64,000 bases of DNA, taken from NCBI GenBank assembly GCA_963827655.1, contig CAWHCF010000035.1, forward strand, positions 1 through 64,000, given 5' to 3'. The stretch is from an uncultured Acidobacteriota bacterium. Its GTDB lineage: Bacteria > Acidobacteriota > UBA6911. Every line of letters begins with the position of its first letter. Positions within the stretch are counted from its first letter, which is position 1. Under the pieces are notes generated by a model. The model searched no databases, was not told where the DNA came from, and worked only from the letters and a program-made list of their open reading frames with translations. Shown piece after piece: positions 21,694-33,150 of this stretch. Both the position numbers and the translations under genes were made by a program.

Positions 21694-22584
21694 TTACCGA
21701 AGACGGTCGAGAAATTCGCCAACCACTGCCCGCATGTCGCGACGCTCCCCCTCCACGGCAAGGTTCAGGCGGCGCATATCTGTGTCGGAGATCTTCCCGC
21801 CCAGCGCAGCCAGAGCTTGACGCAACCCGGCATGTCGATCCAGGCTCTGGCTGCGCACAAAGGGGACCGCCTCGTAGGGCGGGAAATAGCCTTTGTCATC
21901 CTTCAGGATAAACAGATCCAAAGAATCAATCAGCCCGCCGGTAGCGTCGCCGGCGATGAGGTCAATCTTTCCTTCGGCAAGGGCCCGGTAGCTGAGCCCG
22001 AGATCCATGACCCGCGGAGGCTCGGCGAACTTCAAGTTATAGGTTGAGGAGAGCCCGCGAAACCCGTCTTCCCGCTCGATAAATTCGCTTCCGAACCCAG
22101 CCTTCCATTGGGGCGTAAAAGCCGCCGCCTCGCTCAGCGTGGTTAATTTCAACCGGCGCGCTGTCTCGCCGCGGATGAGAATGACGAATTTGTTGTCGAA
22201 GCCGAGGGGCTCCGTCAATTCGACGCCAAACCGTGAACGATACGCGTCCCGCGTCTGGCGGTAAACCTCCCCTGGATCGCTGATCGGTTTGCTTTTGAGA
22301 ATGGCCGTATAGGCCGTGCCCGTGTACTCGACATAGAGGTCGATTCCGCCTGCCACCAGCGCGCTGTGGCAGATCAGGGTGCCTCCCAAGTACAGCTTGC
22401 GATCGACCGCGAAGCCCGATCGTTCCAGGTGCTGTGCCAGCAGCTCGCCCAGGATGCTCTGCTCGGTGAAATTCTTGGAGCCGACGATTATTTTTCTCGA
22501 CTGGCTTGTGGCGCAGCCTCCGAGCGCGAAAAGGAGCGCAATTACGCCGAGAGACGCCAGGGATATTCGCGCTGGAACTTTCAT
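21694..22584 (-). CDS. Osmoprotectant ABC transporter substrate-binding lipoprotein
   Basis: LGGC lipobox, IVGSKNFTEQSILGEL, YVEYTGT, FPPYEA. Confidence 0.93.
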   Translation of the reverse strand: MKVPARISLASLGVIALLFALGGCATSQSRKIIVGSKNFTEQSILGELLAQHLERSGFAVDRKLYLGGTLICHSALVAGGIDLYVEYTGTAYTAILKSKPISDPGEVYRQTRDAYRSRFGVELTEPLGFDNKFVILIRGETARRLKLTTLSEAAAFTPQWKAGFGSEFIEREDGFRGLSSTYNLKFAEPPRVMDLGLSYRALAEGKIDLIAGDATGGLIDSLDLFILKDDKGYFPPYEAVPFVRSQSLDRHAGLRQALAALGGKISDTDMRRLNLAVEGERRDMRAVVGEFLDRLR

Positions 22585-23228
22585 TTAGCTCGGACACCTT
22601 TGGGTGAAAGCCAGTGTTCGGCAAGCCCCAGGAGGAAGTCGGCCAGTAGAGCCAGGACTGCCGCCGGAATGGCGCCCGCCAGAATGAGCTGATTGTCCAC
22701 CATCGAGACGCCTCGAAGGATGTACATGCCCAGGCCGCCAGCGCCGATGGTGGCGGCGATCGTGGCCACGCCTACCGCAATCACGGTCGCGACGCGCAAT
22801 CCGGCCATTATCACGCCGAGCGCCAGCGGCAGCTCCACCTGGGTCAGGAGCTGCCAGTCGGTCATTCCCATCCCCCGCCCGGCCTCGCGGATCGCCGGAT
22901 CGACGCCGACAATCCCCGTATGCGTATTGCGAATGATCGGAAGGAGGGAGTAAAGGATCAAGGCGACGATCGCGGTTTGCGCCCCGATTCCGCCCAGGAA
23001 AGGAAGCGGGATCAGAAAGCCGAAGAGCGCCAGGCTCGGGATCGTCTGAACGACGTTCGCGACGCCAAGAACCCACCGGCTCCAGCGTGGACGCCGGGTA
23101 AGGAGAATTCCGAGCGGAATTCCGATGACGGCCGCGACCAGGGTTGAAACCACGACCAGAAAGAGGTGTTCTCCGGTCAACTGCAGCACTTCCTCCGGAT
23201 GCGACACGATGTAGCGGAAAGGATTCAT
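22581..23228 (-). CDS. Osmoprotectant ABC transporter permease
   Basis: QTIPSLALFG, EAGRGMGMT, VELPLALGVI. Confidence 0.93.
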   Translation of the reverse strand: MNPFRYIVSHPEEVLQLTGEHLFLVVVSTLVAAVIGIPLGILLTRRPRWSRWVLGVANVVQTIPSLALFGFLIPLPFLGGIGAQTAIVALILYSLLPIIRNTHTGIVGVDPAIREAGRGMGMTDWQLLTQVELPLALGVIMAGLRVATVIAVGVATIAATIGAGGLGMYILRGVSMVDNQLILAGAIPAAVLALLADFLLGLAEHWLSPKGVRAK

Positions 23229-23935
23229 AGAGCTTCCAGGCTCTTTCGGTATGCGGAGACTTCGGGGTCGTCGCTGCCGAGAAAGTCTCGAGCCGCGGAT
23301 ATCCTCGCCAGAACGCCGTCGCGCACTAACCCGATGCGGTCGCCGAGAATGAGAGCTTCGCGGACGTCGTGGGTCACGAAGATCATGGTCTTCTTCAGCC
23401 TCTGCTTCAAGGAGCGAAACTCAACCTGGATCTCCGACCGCGTGAGCGGATCCAGGGCGCCGAAAGGCTCGTCCAGCAGCATCAGCGGCGGGTCGGCTGC
23501 GAGGGCGCGCGCCACGCCCACGCGCTGGCGCTGCCCTCCGGAAAGCTGGCTCGGGTAGCGTCGCAGGAACCGCTCCGGATCGAGGCCTACAAGCTCCAGC
23601 ATTTCCCGGCTGCGCGCCTGAATTCTATCTTCTTGCCATCCCTCCAGCCGGGGAACCAATCCGACGTTGGCCTCCACCGTGAAATGCGGGAACAGCCCGA
23701 CCTCCTGGATCACATAGCCGATCTTCCGCCGCAGGCTGATGGGATCCCACTCCCTGCTTCGCTTTCCCAGAACCTCAATTTCTCCAGAGGTCGCCGCCAG
23801 GAGGGCGTTGATCAACTTGAGTATCGTTGTCTTGCCCGACCCGCTCCTTCCTACGAGCACCAGAGTCTCACCCGCGGCGAGTTCCAGATCGATGTCGTTG
23901 ACCAGCCGATGCCCGTCGGGAAGCTGGTAGCTCAC
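23225..23935 (-). CDS. Osmoprotectant ABC transporter ATPase; the true start may be ATG 24000 if one base is missing
   Basis: GRSGSGKT, LSGGQRQR, LLDEPFGALDP, VTHD. Confidence 0.93.
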   Translation of the reverse strand: MSYQLPDGHRLVNDIDLELAAGETLVLVGRSGSGKTTILKLINALLAATSGEIEVLGKRSREWDPISLRRKIGYVIQEVGLFPHFTVEANVGLVPRLEGWQEDRIQARSREMLELVGLDPERFLRRYPSQLSGGQRQRVGVARALAADPPLMLLDEPFGALDPLTRSEIQVEFRSLKQRLKKTMIFVTHDVREALILGDRIGLVRDGVLARISAARDFLGSDDPEVSAYRKSLEAL

Positions 23936-23952
23936 CCGGCTCAGCCGGACTG

Positions 23953-24066
23953 CCGATTGCGGATTTCGGATTGCGGATTTGCGGATTTAGCGGATGGCAT
24001 GAGTGGACTATCACCGATTCTCAAACTCCGACAATCCGCAATCCGCAATCCGCAATCCGCAATCGG
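23953..24066. repeat. Inverted pair of 7-bp tandem arrays (GATTGCG / CAATCCG)
   Basis: ccgattgcggatttcggattgcggatt from 23953 and caatccgcaatccgcaatccgcaatccgcaatcgg at 24032-24066. Confidence 0.9.
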
Positions 24067-24067
24067 A

Positions 24068-26171
24068 TTATTTGGTGTAGTGGTCGATCCAATCCAGGAC
24101 GGTTTTGTACCAGAGTTCGCTGTTCTGAGGCTTCAGCACCCAGTGTCCCTCGTCAGGAAAGTAGAGAAACTTGGAGGGAACGTTTTGCCGCTGTAAAGCC
24201 GTGAAGAGCTGGAGACTCTCGGCCACCGGGACCCTGAAGTCCAGCTCGCCATGAATTATCAGCATCGGTGTCTTGAACCTCGTGACGTAGTTCGACGGCG
24301 ACCACCGGGCATAGAGTTCGGGGTTCTGCCACGGAGTGCCGCGGAATTCCCATTCCGGAAACCACAATTCCTCGGTGGCGCCGTAGAAGCTCGCGGTATT
24401 GTAGACCCCGTCGTGACTGACCAGGCAGCGGAATCGATCGGTGCGACCCTCGATCCAGTTGATCATGTAACCGCCGTAGCTGGCCCCCGCGGCCGAAACC
24501 CGGCCGGGGTCGACGTAGGGAAGCTTGGTCAGGTAATCGACACCTTTCATGATGTCTTCGAATACGCGGCCTCCCCAGTCGCCCGAGATCTGGTCGGTGA
24601 ACGTCTGGCCGAATCCGGTGCTTCCCCGCGGGTTCGGGGCGAACACGACATAGCCGCGGGCGGCAAACATGTGCAGGTTCCAGCGGAAAGAAAAAGCGTC
24701 GTTCCAGGCGCTCTGGGGACCTCCATGGATCAGCACAATTGCAGGCCACTTCTGATCGGGATTGAATTGCGGAGGCTTGACCAGCCAGGCCTGGATTCTG
24801 GTATCTTCCGCTCCCTGGTACCGGATGTTTTCGACCGCACCGAACCCTATCTTCGCCAGCGCAGCCTCGTTGGTGCGGGTGATGGGAGTGATATCCCGGC
24901 CGTCCGCCCCGCAGCGGTACAACTCCACGGGCTGCGAAATGGTCTGCCGGGTGAACACCAGGCTGCCATCCGGCGAGACTTTGACGTCGTCGTTGGTAGT
25001 TCCCTCCACAATCCGCACCGCTCTTTCGCCGCCGATGCCCAGCCGGAAGATTGAAGAATTGCCTTCGTCCTCCGCGCTGAACACTAGGGACTTGCTGTCG
25101 GGCGCCCAGGCCATGCCCGAGACCGACCGGTCCAGCCGCGAGTTGATCGCTTTTGAGCTGCCGTCGCGCCGGTCGTACAGCGTGAGTTCGAAGCGGTCCG
25201 ATTCGAACCCCGGGCGCCGCTGGGTCCGGTACGCGATGTAATTGCCATCGGGCGAGTAGAGCGGGGATCCATCATAGGCGGGATTACTGGTAATCTGTTT
25301 GGGCGTGCCGCCGCTGGTAGAAACCGTCCAGAGATCGGCATTCGTGCTAGCGGCTTCCATCGGGTCCGTGTTGCGAGCGAAGCAGAGCTCTTTCCCGTCG
25401 GGGGCGAAATCGTAGTCGAGCGGGCCGCCGAGCGAGAACGGGGGCGCGTCGTAGTCTCCGGGCGTGAGGTCCTGCGGCGCCCCTCCCTGGGCGGGAACCA
25501 CAAAGACGTGGGTCCTTTTTCCGTCCTTCCACGAATCCCAGTGGCGGAAGAGGAGTCGCTCGAAGATTTTGGCTTTGACTTTCGAGGACTCCGCTCGTTC
25601 GGAGCGCGCTTTATTGCAGGGATCGTCTTTACAGTCCGGATAGACTTCGGAAGTAAAAGCAAGATAGCGGCCGTCGCTCGACCAAATCACGCCGTCCGCT
25701 CCGCTTGAAATGTTCGTGTGCTTGCGCGTTTCACCGCTGGCGACGTCGGCAATCCAGACCTGAGTTCCCCCTTCCCGGCCCGAGATGAAGGCAATCTTCT
25801 TCCCGTCATGCGACCAGCGAGGATTGTTGTCGCGCTTTTCGTCATGCGTGAGCTGACGCGGTTCTCCTCCCGCCGATGGGACGATCCAGATGTCGCTGTT
25901 GCCGGTGTTTTTTTCTTTGTCGTAGCGCGTAACCACGTACGCTACCGACTTGCCGTCGGGAGAGATTTGAGGATCTGCGACTCGTCCCAGGGCCATCAGG
26001 TCGTCGAAAGTGATCGGACTTACGATTCGATTGAGTCGATTGACGATTTACGATTGACGATTGACGATTGGGAGCCTCCGGTGGTTGTTCACTCCAGGCA
26101 ATCACGGGCACGGAGAGAAGAAACAGGCCCAGGATCATCGACAAAACTAATGACTCCCTCCGTCTCATCAT
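24068..26171 (-). CDS. S9 family peptidase (DPP5-like), frameshift near 26015
   Basis: Propeller repeats, IHGGPQ, GASYGG, HGELDFRV, DEGHW. The signal peptide MMRRRESLVLSMILGLFLL lies in the adjacent frame. Confidence 0.93.
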
Positions 26172-26234
26172 GCATTCTCCATCCAATGACGATCGAACCT
26201 GCTTTTCAATCGTCAAATCGTCAATCGTCAATCG
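26037..26234. repeat. Inverted pair of 7-bp tandem arrays (CGATTGA / TCAATCG)
   Basis: cgattgacgatttacgattgacgattgacgattg at 26037-26070 and caatcgtcaaatcgtcaatcgtcaatcg at 26207-26234. Confidence 0.9.
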
Positions 26235-26439
26235 CTAGATTGCTCCTCGCGATTCATTGCCAATTGTCAATGGTCGAGAGTCGATTTGTCAATTGGGGTT
26301 CTAACCCCTTGGCTCAGCCCAAGCCGTCAGAATACCGCCACAAAGACGCGGCACTTCACTACGTGATAATTTGTCATTTTTCTTGTTGCCCCAAATTGGA
26401 TCGACTATCATTACCACCAGATTCGCTGGGAGAACCTGC

Positions 26440-27669
26440 ATGGTAAACCAATTATCGAAGCGGTTTCTGACACTCGCCGTCGGACTGTTTGCCTTGGCCG
26501 GCGCCGCGTGGGCGGCGGAAAGCGCCAAAGTCACTTTCACCCGCGACGTCGCGCCCATTCTCTACAATCGATGTGTGGAATGTCACCGTCCGGGCGAAAT
26601 TGCGCCGATGTCTTTCCTGACTTACCAGGAAGTGCGTCCCTGGGCCAAGTCGATCAGAGACAAAGTTGTCGACCGCACCATGCCTCCCTGGCTGGCCGAT
26701 CCTCAATATGGACATTTTGCGAACGATCGCCGCTTATCCAAAAAAGAGATCGACACAATCGTCGCCTGGGTCAACGCCGATGCGCCCAAGGGGGACGACA
26801 AGGATATGCCTCGCGCGCCCAAATTCGTCGAAGGATGGACCCTGGGCCAGCCGGATGTCGTCCTGACGATGAAGGAGGAGTTTTCGGTTCCCGCCGACGG
26901 GGTCGTGCCGTACAAGTATTTTACGGTCCCAACCGACTTCACCGAGGACAAGTGGATTCAGGCTGTGGAACTGCGGCCCGGAAATCGCCGCGTGGTTCAC
27001 CACATTATCGCGTTTGTCCAGGAACCCGGTCAGAAAACGAGCGGCTCGGGAGGAACCAACAATATGCTGGGCGGAACAGCTCCCGGAGACCCGCCGAACA
27101 AGTTCCCCGCCGGCACCGGCAAGCTGGTCAAGGCGGGCTCGAACCTGATACTGCAAATGCACTACACCCCGAATGGCGAGGCCGCAAAAGATCGCTCCAG
27201 CGTTGGACTGTTCTTTGCGAAGGAGCCGGTCCAAAAGACGTCGATGACCGGGATGGCCCTTAACGCGCAATTTGTCATTCCGCCCGGCGATCCGAATTTC
27301 GAGGTGAAATCGAGCTGGGTGGCCCGGGAGGATGTGCGCCTGGTTTCGCTCATGCCTCACATGCACGTTCGCGGCAAAGACTTTGTCTACACGCTGGTGT
27401 ATCCCGACGGCCGGTCGGAAGTCATCCTTCGGGTGCCGAAGTATGATTTCAACTGGCAGCTCAGCTACAAGTTCACCACGCCAATCCCGCTGCCGAAGGG
27501 AACGCGAGTCGAATGCGTGGCCCATTTCGATAATTCGACCAACAACAAGTTCAATCCCGACCCCGCCAAGGAAGTGCGCTGGGGAGATCAAACCTGGGAA
27601 GAGATGATGATCGGTTGGTTCGGCTACACACGCGACAGCGAGCAGGTCAAAACAACGGTTTCCCAGTGA
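26440..27669 (+). CDS. Exported heme c plus copper type II monooxygenase-like protein
   Basis: Signal peptide, CVECH, VVHHII, LQMHY, PHMHVRG, DFNWQ, EEM. Confidence 0.8.
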   Translation: MVNQLSKRFLTLAVGLFALAGAAWAAESAKVTFTRDVAPILYNRCVECHRPGEIAPMSFLTYQEVRPWAKSIRDKVVDRTMPPWLADPQYGHFANDRRLSKKEIDTIVAWVNADAPKGDDKDMPRAPKFVEGWTLGQPDVVLTMKEEFSVPADGVVPYKYFTVPTDFTEDKWIQAVELRPGNRRVVHHIIAFVQEPGQKTSGSGGTNNMLGGTAPGDPPNKFPAGTGKLVKAGSNLILQMHYTPNGEAAKDRSSVGLFFAKEPVQKTSMTGMALNAQFVIPPGDPNFEVKSSWVAREDVRLVSLMPHMHVRGKDFVYTLVYPDGRSEVILRVPKYDFNWQLSYKFTTPIPLPKGTRVECVAHFDNSTNNKFNPDPAKEVRWGDQTWEEMMIGWFGYTRDSEQVKTTVSQ

Positions 27670-28634
27670 AGGCAATTCAAGTCCATGAAACCGGTGGACC
27701 GGAGAAGCTGAACTACGAAGACGTTCCGGTTCCCGAACCCGGTCCCGGCCAGGCGCGGATCAAAGTCCATGCCATCGGGCTTAACTTCATCGATGTTTAT
27801 TTCCGGACCGGCCTCTACAAGACTCCCCTTCCCTTCATCCCTGGAATGGAAGCCGCCGGTGTGGTGGACTCTGCCGGCGAAGGCGTAACATCGGTATCAC
27901 CGGGCGATCGCGTCGCTTACGCAATGAATCTCGGAGCGTATGCCGAGTATGCGCTGGTCAACGCGGGGCAACTGGTAAAGCTTCCGGCTGGCGTGGAGTT
28001 CAAGACCGGCGCGGCTGCCCTCCTGCAGGGCATGACCGCACACTACCTCACCCACTCGACCTTTCCACTGCAGAGCGGACAAACGGCTCTGGTTCATGCC
28101 GCGGCCGGTGGCGCCGGCCTCCTGGTTGTGCAGATGGCCAAGATGATCGGCGCTCGTGTCATCGGTACAGTCTCTACGGAAGAAAAAGCCGGCCTGGCGC
28201 GCGCCGCCGGGGCCGACCATGTGATCCTCTACGAACAGGTTGATTTTGAATCAGAGGTTAAGAAGATTACCGGTGGCCAGGGTGTGGAAGTGGTTTACGA
28301 TTCTGTCGGACGCAATACCTTCGACAAAGGACTGAACTGTCTGCGCCGGCGCGGGATGATGGTTCTGTTCGGGCAGTCGAGTGGCCCCGTTCCTCCGGTG
28401 GATCCGAATATTCTCAATCCCAAAGGGTCGATTTATCTGACCCGTCCCAGTCTGGGACATTACACCGCCCTCCCTGATGAACTCCAATGGCGCGCGGGCG
28501 ACGTCTTGAAGTGGATTGAATCAGGCAAGCTCAAACTCCGTATCGACCAGTCCTTTCCCTTGAGGGATGCCGCATCGGCTCACCGCGCCCTGGAAGGGCG
28601 CCAGACCAAGGGAAAAGTGCTCCTTCAACCGTAG
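27666..28634 (+). CDS. qor: NADPH:quinone oxidoreductase (zeta-crystallin type)
   Basis: GTG start overlaps the upstream [41 protein letters not shown]. Confidence 0.92.
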   Translation: MKAIQVHETGGPEKLNYEDVPVPEPGPGQARIKVHAIGLNFIDVYFRTGLYKTPLPFIPGMEAAGVVDSAGEGVTSVSPGDRVAYAMNLGAYAEYALVNAGQLVKLPAGVEFKTGAAALLQGMTAHYLTHSTFPLQSGQTALVHAAAGGAGLLVVQMAKMIGARVIGTVSTEEKAGLARAAGADHVILYEQVDFESEVKKITGGQGVEVVYDSVGRNTFDKGLNCLRRRGMMVLFGQSSGPVPPVDPNILNPKGSIYLTRPSLGHYTALPDELQWRAGDVLKWIESGKLKLRIDQSFPLRDAASAHRALEGRQTKGKVLLQP

Positions 28635-28724
28635 CGGCCCGGTCAACCTAATACCTGAACTGATCCTAGTTAAATTACCATATCCACATCTTTTTAGGCG
28701 TCCTCTGATAGGCGACGTTAACAC

Positions 28725-29381
28725 TTGGCGGTTGTCCGGCGTCTTGTGCTGCTGGAAGGTGTTGATGTGGAGGCATCTCTCGGCCAAGGATTCGTGGTGG
28801 AACCAGGTATTGACCTTTTCAGTCTGACGACTCAAGGCCTGTCTGTGGGTTCGCTTCCGGATACTGAAATTTCCAGTGATGCTTTTCTAGCGAGTGCCGC
28901 TCGAAACGGCAATCGTGAGGCCTTCGGATTGCTCTACCACCGGTACTCTCGCCTGGTGCACGGCATCATGCTGGCGCGGGTGCCGCGGTCCGAGGTCGAT
29001 GATCTGGTTCAAGATGTCTTCCTGCTTGCGCTGCGCCGGGTCGAGACGCTGCGGGACACAACCGCTTTTGGAGCGTGGCTCAGCATGATCGCGCGCAATC
29101 GGGCGAACGATTATCACCGGCGGTCACCGGAGACGGTGGATCTGCCGGAGGAGATAGCCGGCGCGGATTCACCCAGGGCCGAGGCTCTGGCCGTCCTGAC
29201 TGTGATTCGCAGTCTGCCGGACGCCTACCGTGAAACCCTTGTGTTCCGCCTGGTCGAGGGGATGACGGGCCCGGAGATTGCTGTGCGTACAGGCCTCACT
29301 CCGGCATCCGTGCGGGTTAATCTGCATCGCGGCATGAAACTGCTTCGGGAAAGACTTGATAGGAAAGGTGCTCATGACTGA
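28725..29381 (+). CDS. ECF sigma-70 factor (start uncertain)
   Basis: EAFGLLY, DDLVQDVF, AWLSMIARN, LPDAYRE, SVRVNLHRG. Confidence 0.9.
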   Translation: MAVVRRLVLLEGVDVEASLGQGFVVEPGIDLFSLTTQGLSVGSLPDTEISSDAFLASAARNGNREAFGLLYHRYSRLVHGIMLARVPRSEVDDLVQDVFLLALRRVETLRDTTAFGAWLSMIARNRANDYHRRSPETVDLPEEIAGADSPRAEALAVLTVIRSLPDAYRETLVFRLVEGMTGPEIAVRTGLTPASVRVNLHRGMKLLRERLDRKGAHD

Positions 29382-30447
29382 CGACTATCTGTGGGACGGC
29401 TCGGGTGAGCCCGACCCCGAGGTGGAACGTCTGGAGCGCCTCCTGGGCGAGTTTCGCTCCAGCCGGCCGGCGCCCGAACTCCCTTCAGGCCGGCTGGAAC
29501 ATCACGCATCGGAACCGGCCGATTCGACTTTCGAGCAACCGGGACGCATTCTGCAGATACTTCCGCGCCTGAAAAAGCGCTACCTGCCATGGATTGGCGT
29601 CGCTGCCGCGGCCGCCATCGCGCTCGCCCTGGTGGGAAACTGGCTGGTCCAGCGCCACGATAAGGGCGCCTGGGATGTCGTCGCGTTGGAGGGAGCCCCC
29701 AAGGTAGGCTCGGCCCCTATCCGCGAAAGCGGCCGTCTCGAGGTGGGCGACTGGCTCGAGACCGACGCCTCATCGCGCGCGAGGATCAATGTCGGGCTCA
29801 TCGGCGAAGCGCAAATTGAACCGAATTCTCGAGTCCGGCTCCTGAAGGCGCGCGCCGACGAGCACCGTCTCGGATTGGTCCGAGGTACCATGCACGCCCT
29901 GATTTACGCTCCTGAACGGCTCTTCTTCGTGGATACGCCTTCGGCCGTCGCGGTCGATCTGGGCTGCACGTATACGCTGCAAGTGGACGATACCGGCGCC
30001 AGCCTCCTGCACGTTACTTCCGGACTGGTTGCGTTCGAATTCCGCGGGCGCGAATCCTTTGTCCCCACGGACGCCTTCTGCATCACCCGGCCTGGAATCG
30101 GGCCTGGCACACCCTACTACAGCACGGCCTCCGAGGCATTCCGCACCGCTCTTACGAGACTCGATTTTGAGTTGAGCGATCCTGCGCAGCGGGCGCCGAT
30201 TCTTGACCTGTTGTTCGCCGAATCCCGCAGGGACGACGCCTTCACCTTGTGGCACCTGCTGGGACGCGTGAGCGACGCCGAGCTCAGGCGCGTTTACGAT
30301 CGTCTCGCGGCATATGTCCCCCCGCCGGCCGGCGTGACCCGCGCCGGCGTGGAACGACGGAACAAGGAAATGCTCGACCTCTGGTGGAACGAGCTTGGCC
30401 CCGAGAATGCCTACTGGTATCACTTCTGGAAGGGTTCTGTTAAGTAG
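29374..30447 (+). CDS. FecR-like anti-sigma factor
   Basis: Overlaps the sigma stop; one TM segment; FFVDTPSAVAVDLGC. Confidence 0.8.
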   Translation: MTDDYLWDGSGEPDPEVERLERLLGEFRSSRPAPELPSGRLEHHASEPADSTFEQPGRILQILPRLKKRYLPWIGVAAAAAIALALVGNWLVQRHDKGAWDVVALEGAPKVGSAPIRESGRLEVGDWLETDASSRARINVGLIGEAQIEPNSRVRLLKARADEHRLGLVRGTMHALIYAPERLFFVDTPSAVAVDLGCTYTLQVDDTGASLLHVTSGLVAFEFRGRESFVPTDAFCITRPGIGPGTPYYSTASEAFRTALTRLDFELSDPAQRAPILDLLFAESRRDDAFTLWHLLGRVSDAELRRVYDRLAAYVPPPAGVTRAGVERRNKEMLDLWWNELGPENAYWYHFWKGSVK

Positions 30448-30501
30448 CCGCCGCGATTTTTTACCGCTAAGACACGGAGAGCACGAACCAGTAATATAGG
30501 C

Positions 30502-32931
30502 TTGATGGATAAGCGTACCTTCAAGTCTCTGGACCTCGACTCTCTGATCGGCTTGCTTGAGCGCTGCACTTCATCTCCCCTGGGGCGCAGGCGAGTCCTG
30601 GCGCTCTTTCCCTCAACCGATCGGCTCGAGATAGAAACGGCGCTCGATCGAACTACCGAGTGCGCCGACTATCTCGCGTCCGGCGAGCAATTCGGATTAT
30701 CCGGAATCGCGGATCCCGAAGCCGCTTTCGCCCAGCTTCAGATAGAGGCAACCAGCCTCGATCCTCATCAGATCCTGGTACTGGAGCGTCTGATCGCGAT
30801 TGGGATGGGCCTTCGCGCCCACTTCAGCGACCCGGCCGCCCGCGACCGCTACCCGCGGCTTGGATCACTGATCGCTCGAATTCCTGATCTGCGCCGGGTT
30901 CTTTCAAGTATCGGCGGAAAGATTTTGCCGGGGGGCGAGATCGACGACAATGCGAGTCCTGAGCTGCGCGCCGTTCGCCGTGAGATCCAGGGAGGACGTA
31001 ACCGGATACATCGGGCGCTGGAATCGATCATGCGAGGGCAGGGTCGCGCGGTGCAAGAAGAGGTCGTAACCTTTCGCAACGGCCGATTCGTGATACCTGT
31101 CCGGACCGATGCGCGCGCCCAGGTTCCCGGCGTCATGCACGGGCTGTCTTCGAGCGGCCAGACCACCTTTGTCGAGCCCCTGACCGTCATCGAACAGAAC
31201 AACGAACTCGTTCGCCTGCGCGAACAGGAAGAGATCGAGATTGCGCGCATACTCCTTGCCATCAGCGATTCGCTCAGAATCCACCTGCCGGCGATCCGAG
31301 AGATCACCGATGTCATCGGAGAGATCGATTTTGCTCAGGCCAAGGCCAGACTGTCGGTGGAGCTCAGGTGCGTGCGGCCCCAGATTGTGGACCGACAAAC
31401 GCTCAGGTTGCGGGATGCCCGGCACCTTTTGCTCGACCGGTCGCTCCGGGCGTCCGGGCAGGAGGCAGTCCCGATTTCGCTCGACCTGGACGAAAGCCAG
31501 CGGATCATGATCATCAGCGGGCCTAACGCCGGCGGCAAGACCGTTGTCCTCAAGACCGCGGGTTTGATTGCGCTGGCGGCTCAGATGGGACTCCACGTCC
31601 CGGCGCGCGAAGCAAGCTTGCCGGTATTTTCTCAGATCCTGGCGGATATTGGGGACCAGCAGTCGATCGCGGCCAATCTATCGACGTTCACCGCCCACAT
31701 GTTGAATATTTCTCAGATCGCCGAATGCGCGGCTCCTCCCGCGCTCCTGCTGCTCGACGAGGTCGGGACCGGCACGGATCCCGACGAAGGCGCCGCCTTG
31801 GCGGTGGCTATCGTGGATTACTTCCGGCAAGCAGGTGTGCTCACGATCGCCACGACGCACTACAATCCGCTCAAGATCTGGGCGTCGCAAGTTAACGGTG
31901 TGCTCAACTCCTCGGTCGAGTTCGACGAGAAAACACTCCGCCCGACTTACCGGTTGATTACCGGAGTCGCCGGGGCTTCATCCGGCCTTGAAATCGCCCG
32001 GCGGATGAATGTTCCCGCGGGGATACTGGACGCAGCCCGTGAACGCGTCCAGCCGGAGCAGTTGCAGGCCAGTCAATATTTGAAAAGGCTGAAGGCGCTG
32101 GTTGACGAACAAGAGTCGCTTCGGGCGGCACTGGAAGAAGAACGGCGGGTCACGGCGGAAAAATTCGAGCAACTCAATCTTCAGTTTGATCGACGAGAGG
32201 CGCTCCGGCGCGAAGAATTCGCTCGCGAGCTGGAACGAGTGATTCGCGAATTCAGCGCGGAAGGAGAACGGTTGATCGGCGGCCTCAAAGACCGCGCCGA
32301 AGCGGCGCGGCTCAGGAAAACGGCCGGAGGGCGCGCGGCTGAACTGCGGCGGGCCGCCCGGACCCGGCTCGAGGAAGTTGTTCCGGCCGCCAGGAAGGCC
32401 GACAAAGCCGGAGCCGAGCGAGCCAAGGCTTCAGCCTTGCCCGCCGAAGATCTCGCCGCAACAGAAAAAGAGATTGGAGAAGGCGATCGGGTCAGGATCC
32501 GATCCATTGATCGAGAGGGGGTGGTCGAGTCGATCTCAGGGGACACCTGCACGGTAATGGTCGGGATCCTCAAGTTCAGGGCCAGGCGGGATGAGCTGCA
32601 GGCTCTGGGGCCGTCCCCAACACCGCCGGCAAGTCGAGCCGAGATCTCAGCCGGAATCGGTCCCGGGCCGGACGCGGATCAGGACTTCTCGAACGAGCTC
32701 AAGATCATCGGATTGACCGCGGATGAGGCCAGGGAACGCGTCGACAAATTTCTGGACCAGGCTTACTTGAGCGGAGTCGAAAGCGTTCGCATCATCCATG
32801 GACATGGTAAGGGGATTCTCCGCCGCGCCGTCGCCGACCTTCTCACCGGCCACCGCCAGGTGGAAAGCTTCGAACCGGCGCCGTCCAATCAAGGGGGGGC
32901 GGGAGCGACCATCGTTACAATGCGAAAATAG
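30502..32931 (+). CDS. mutS2: MutS2 (ATPase plus Smr domain)
   Basis: SSSGQTTFVEP, GPNAGGKT, DIGDQQSI, LDEVGTGTDPDEG, IIHGHGKGILR. Confidence 0.96.
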   Translation: MMDKRTFKSLDLDSLIGLLERCTSSPLGRRRVLALFPSTDRLEIETALDRTTECADYLASGEQFGLSGIADPEAAFAQLQIEATSLDPHQILVLERLIAIGMGLRAHFSDPAARDRYPRLGSLIARIPDLRRVLSSIGGKILPGGEIDDNASPELRAVRREIQGGRNRIHRALESIMRGQGRAVQEEVVTFRNGRFVIPVRTDARAQVPGVMHGLSSSGQTTFVEPLTVIEQNNELVRLREQEEIEIARILLAISDSLRIHLPAIREITDVIGEIDFAQAKARLSVELRCVRPQIVDRQTLRLRDARHLLLDRSLRASGQEAVPISLDLDESQRIMIISGPNAGGKTVVLKTAGLIALAAQMGLHVPAREASLPVFSQILADIGDQQSIAANLSTFTAHMLNISQIAECAAPPALLLLDEVGTGTDPDEGAALAVAIVDYFRQAGVLTIATTHYNPLKIWASQVNGVLNSSVEFDEKTLRPTYRLITGVAGASSGLEIARRMNVPAGILDAARERVQPEQLQASQYLKRLKALVDEQESLRAALEEERRVTAEKFEQLNLQFDRREALRREEFARELERVIREFSAEGERLIGGLKDRAEAARLRKTAGGRAAELRRAARTRLEEVVPAARKADKAGAERAKASALPAEDLAATEKEIGEGDRVRIRSIDREGVVESISGDTCTVMVGILKFRARRDELQALGPSPTPPASRAEISAGIGPGPDADQDFSNELKIIGLTADEARERVDKFLDQAYLSGVESVRIIHGHGKGILRRAVADLLTGHRQVESFEPAPSNQGGAGATIVTMRK

Positions 32932-33150
32932 GGACATTCACACGCATCTGACTCATTGACGTCAATGGTCATTTTTCATTTGTCAGTCTAAGTGGCTCGA
33001 GTCCTTTCATCGTTACCAGGCGTGTACTTCCGAACGGTGAATTCCAGGAATGACAATTGAATGGATCGATCCAATGAAAGATGACAATATGGTAAGTGTC
33101 ACCCGTGAACCTGGCAGACGCTGGAGAGCGCGAGGATCGGCGGCGCGGAA

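Noticed and set aside
23953-26234. CRISPR array
   Set aside because: The units are 7-bp tandems without spacers, and no cas genes are present.
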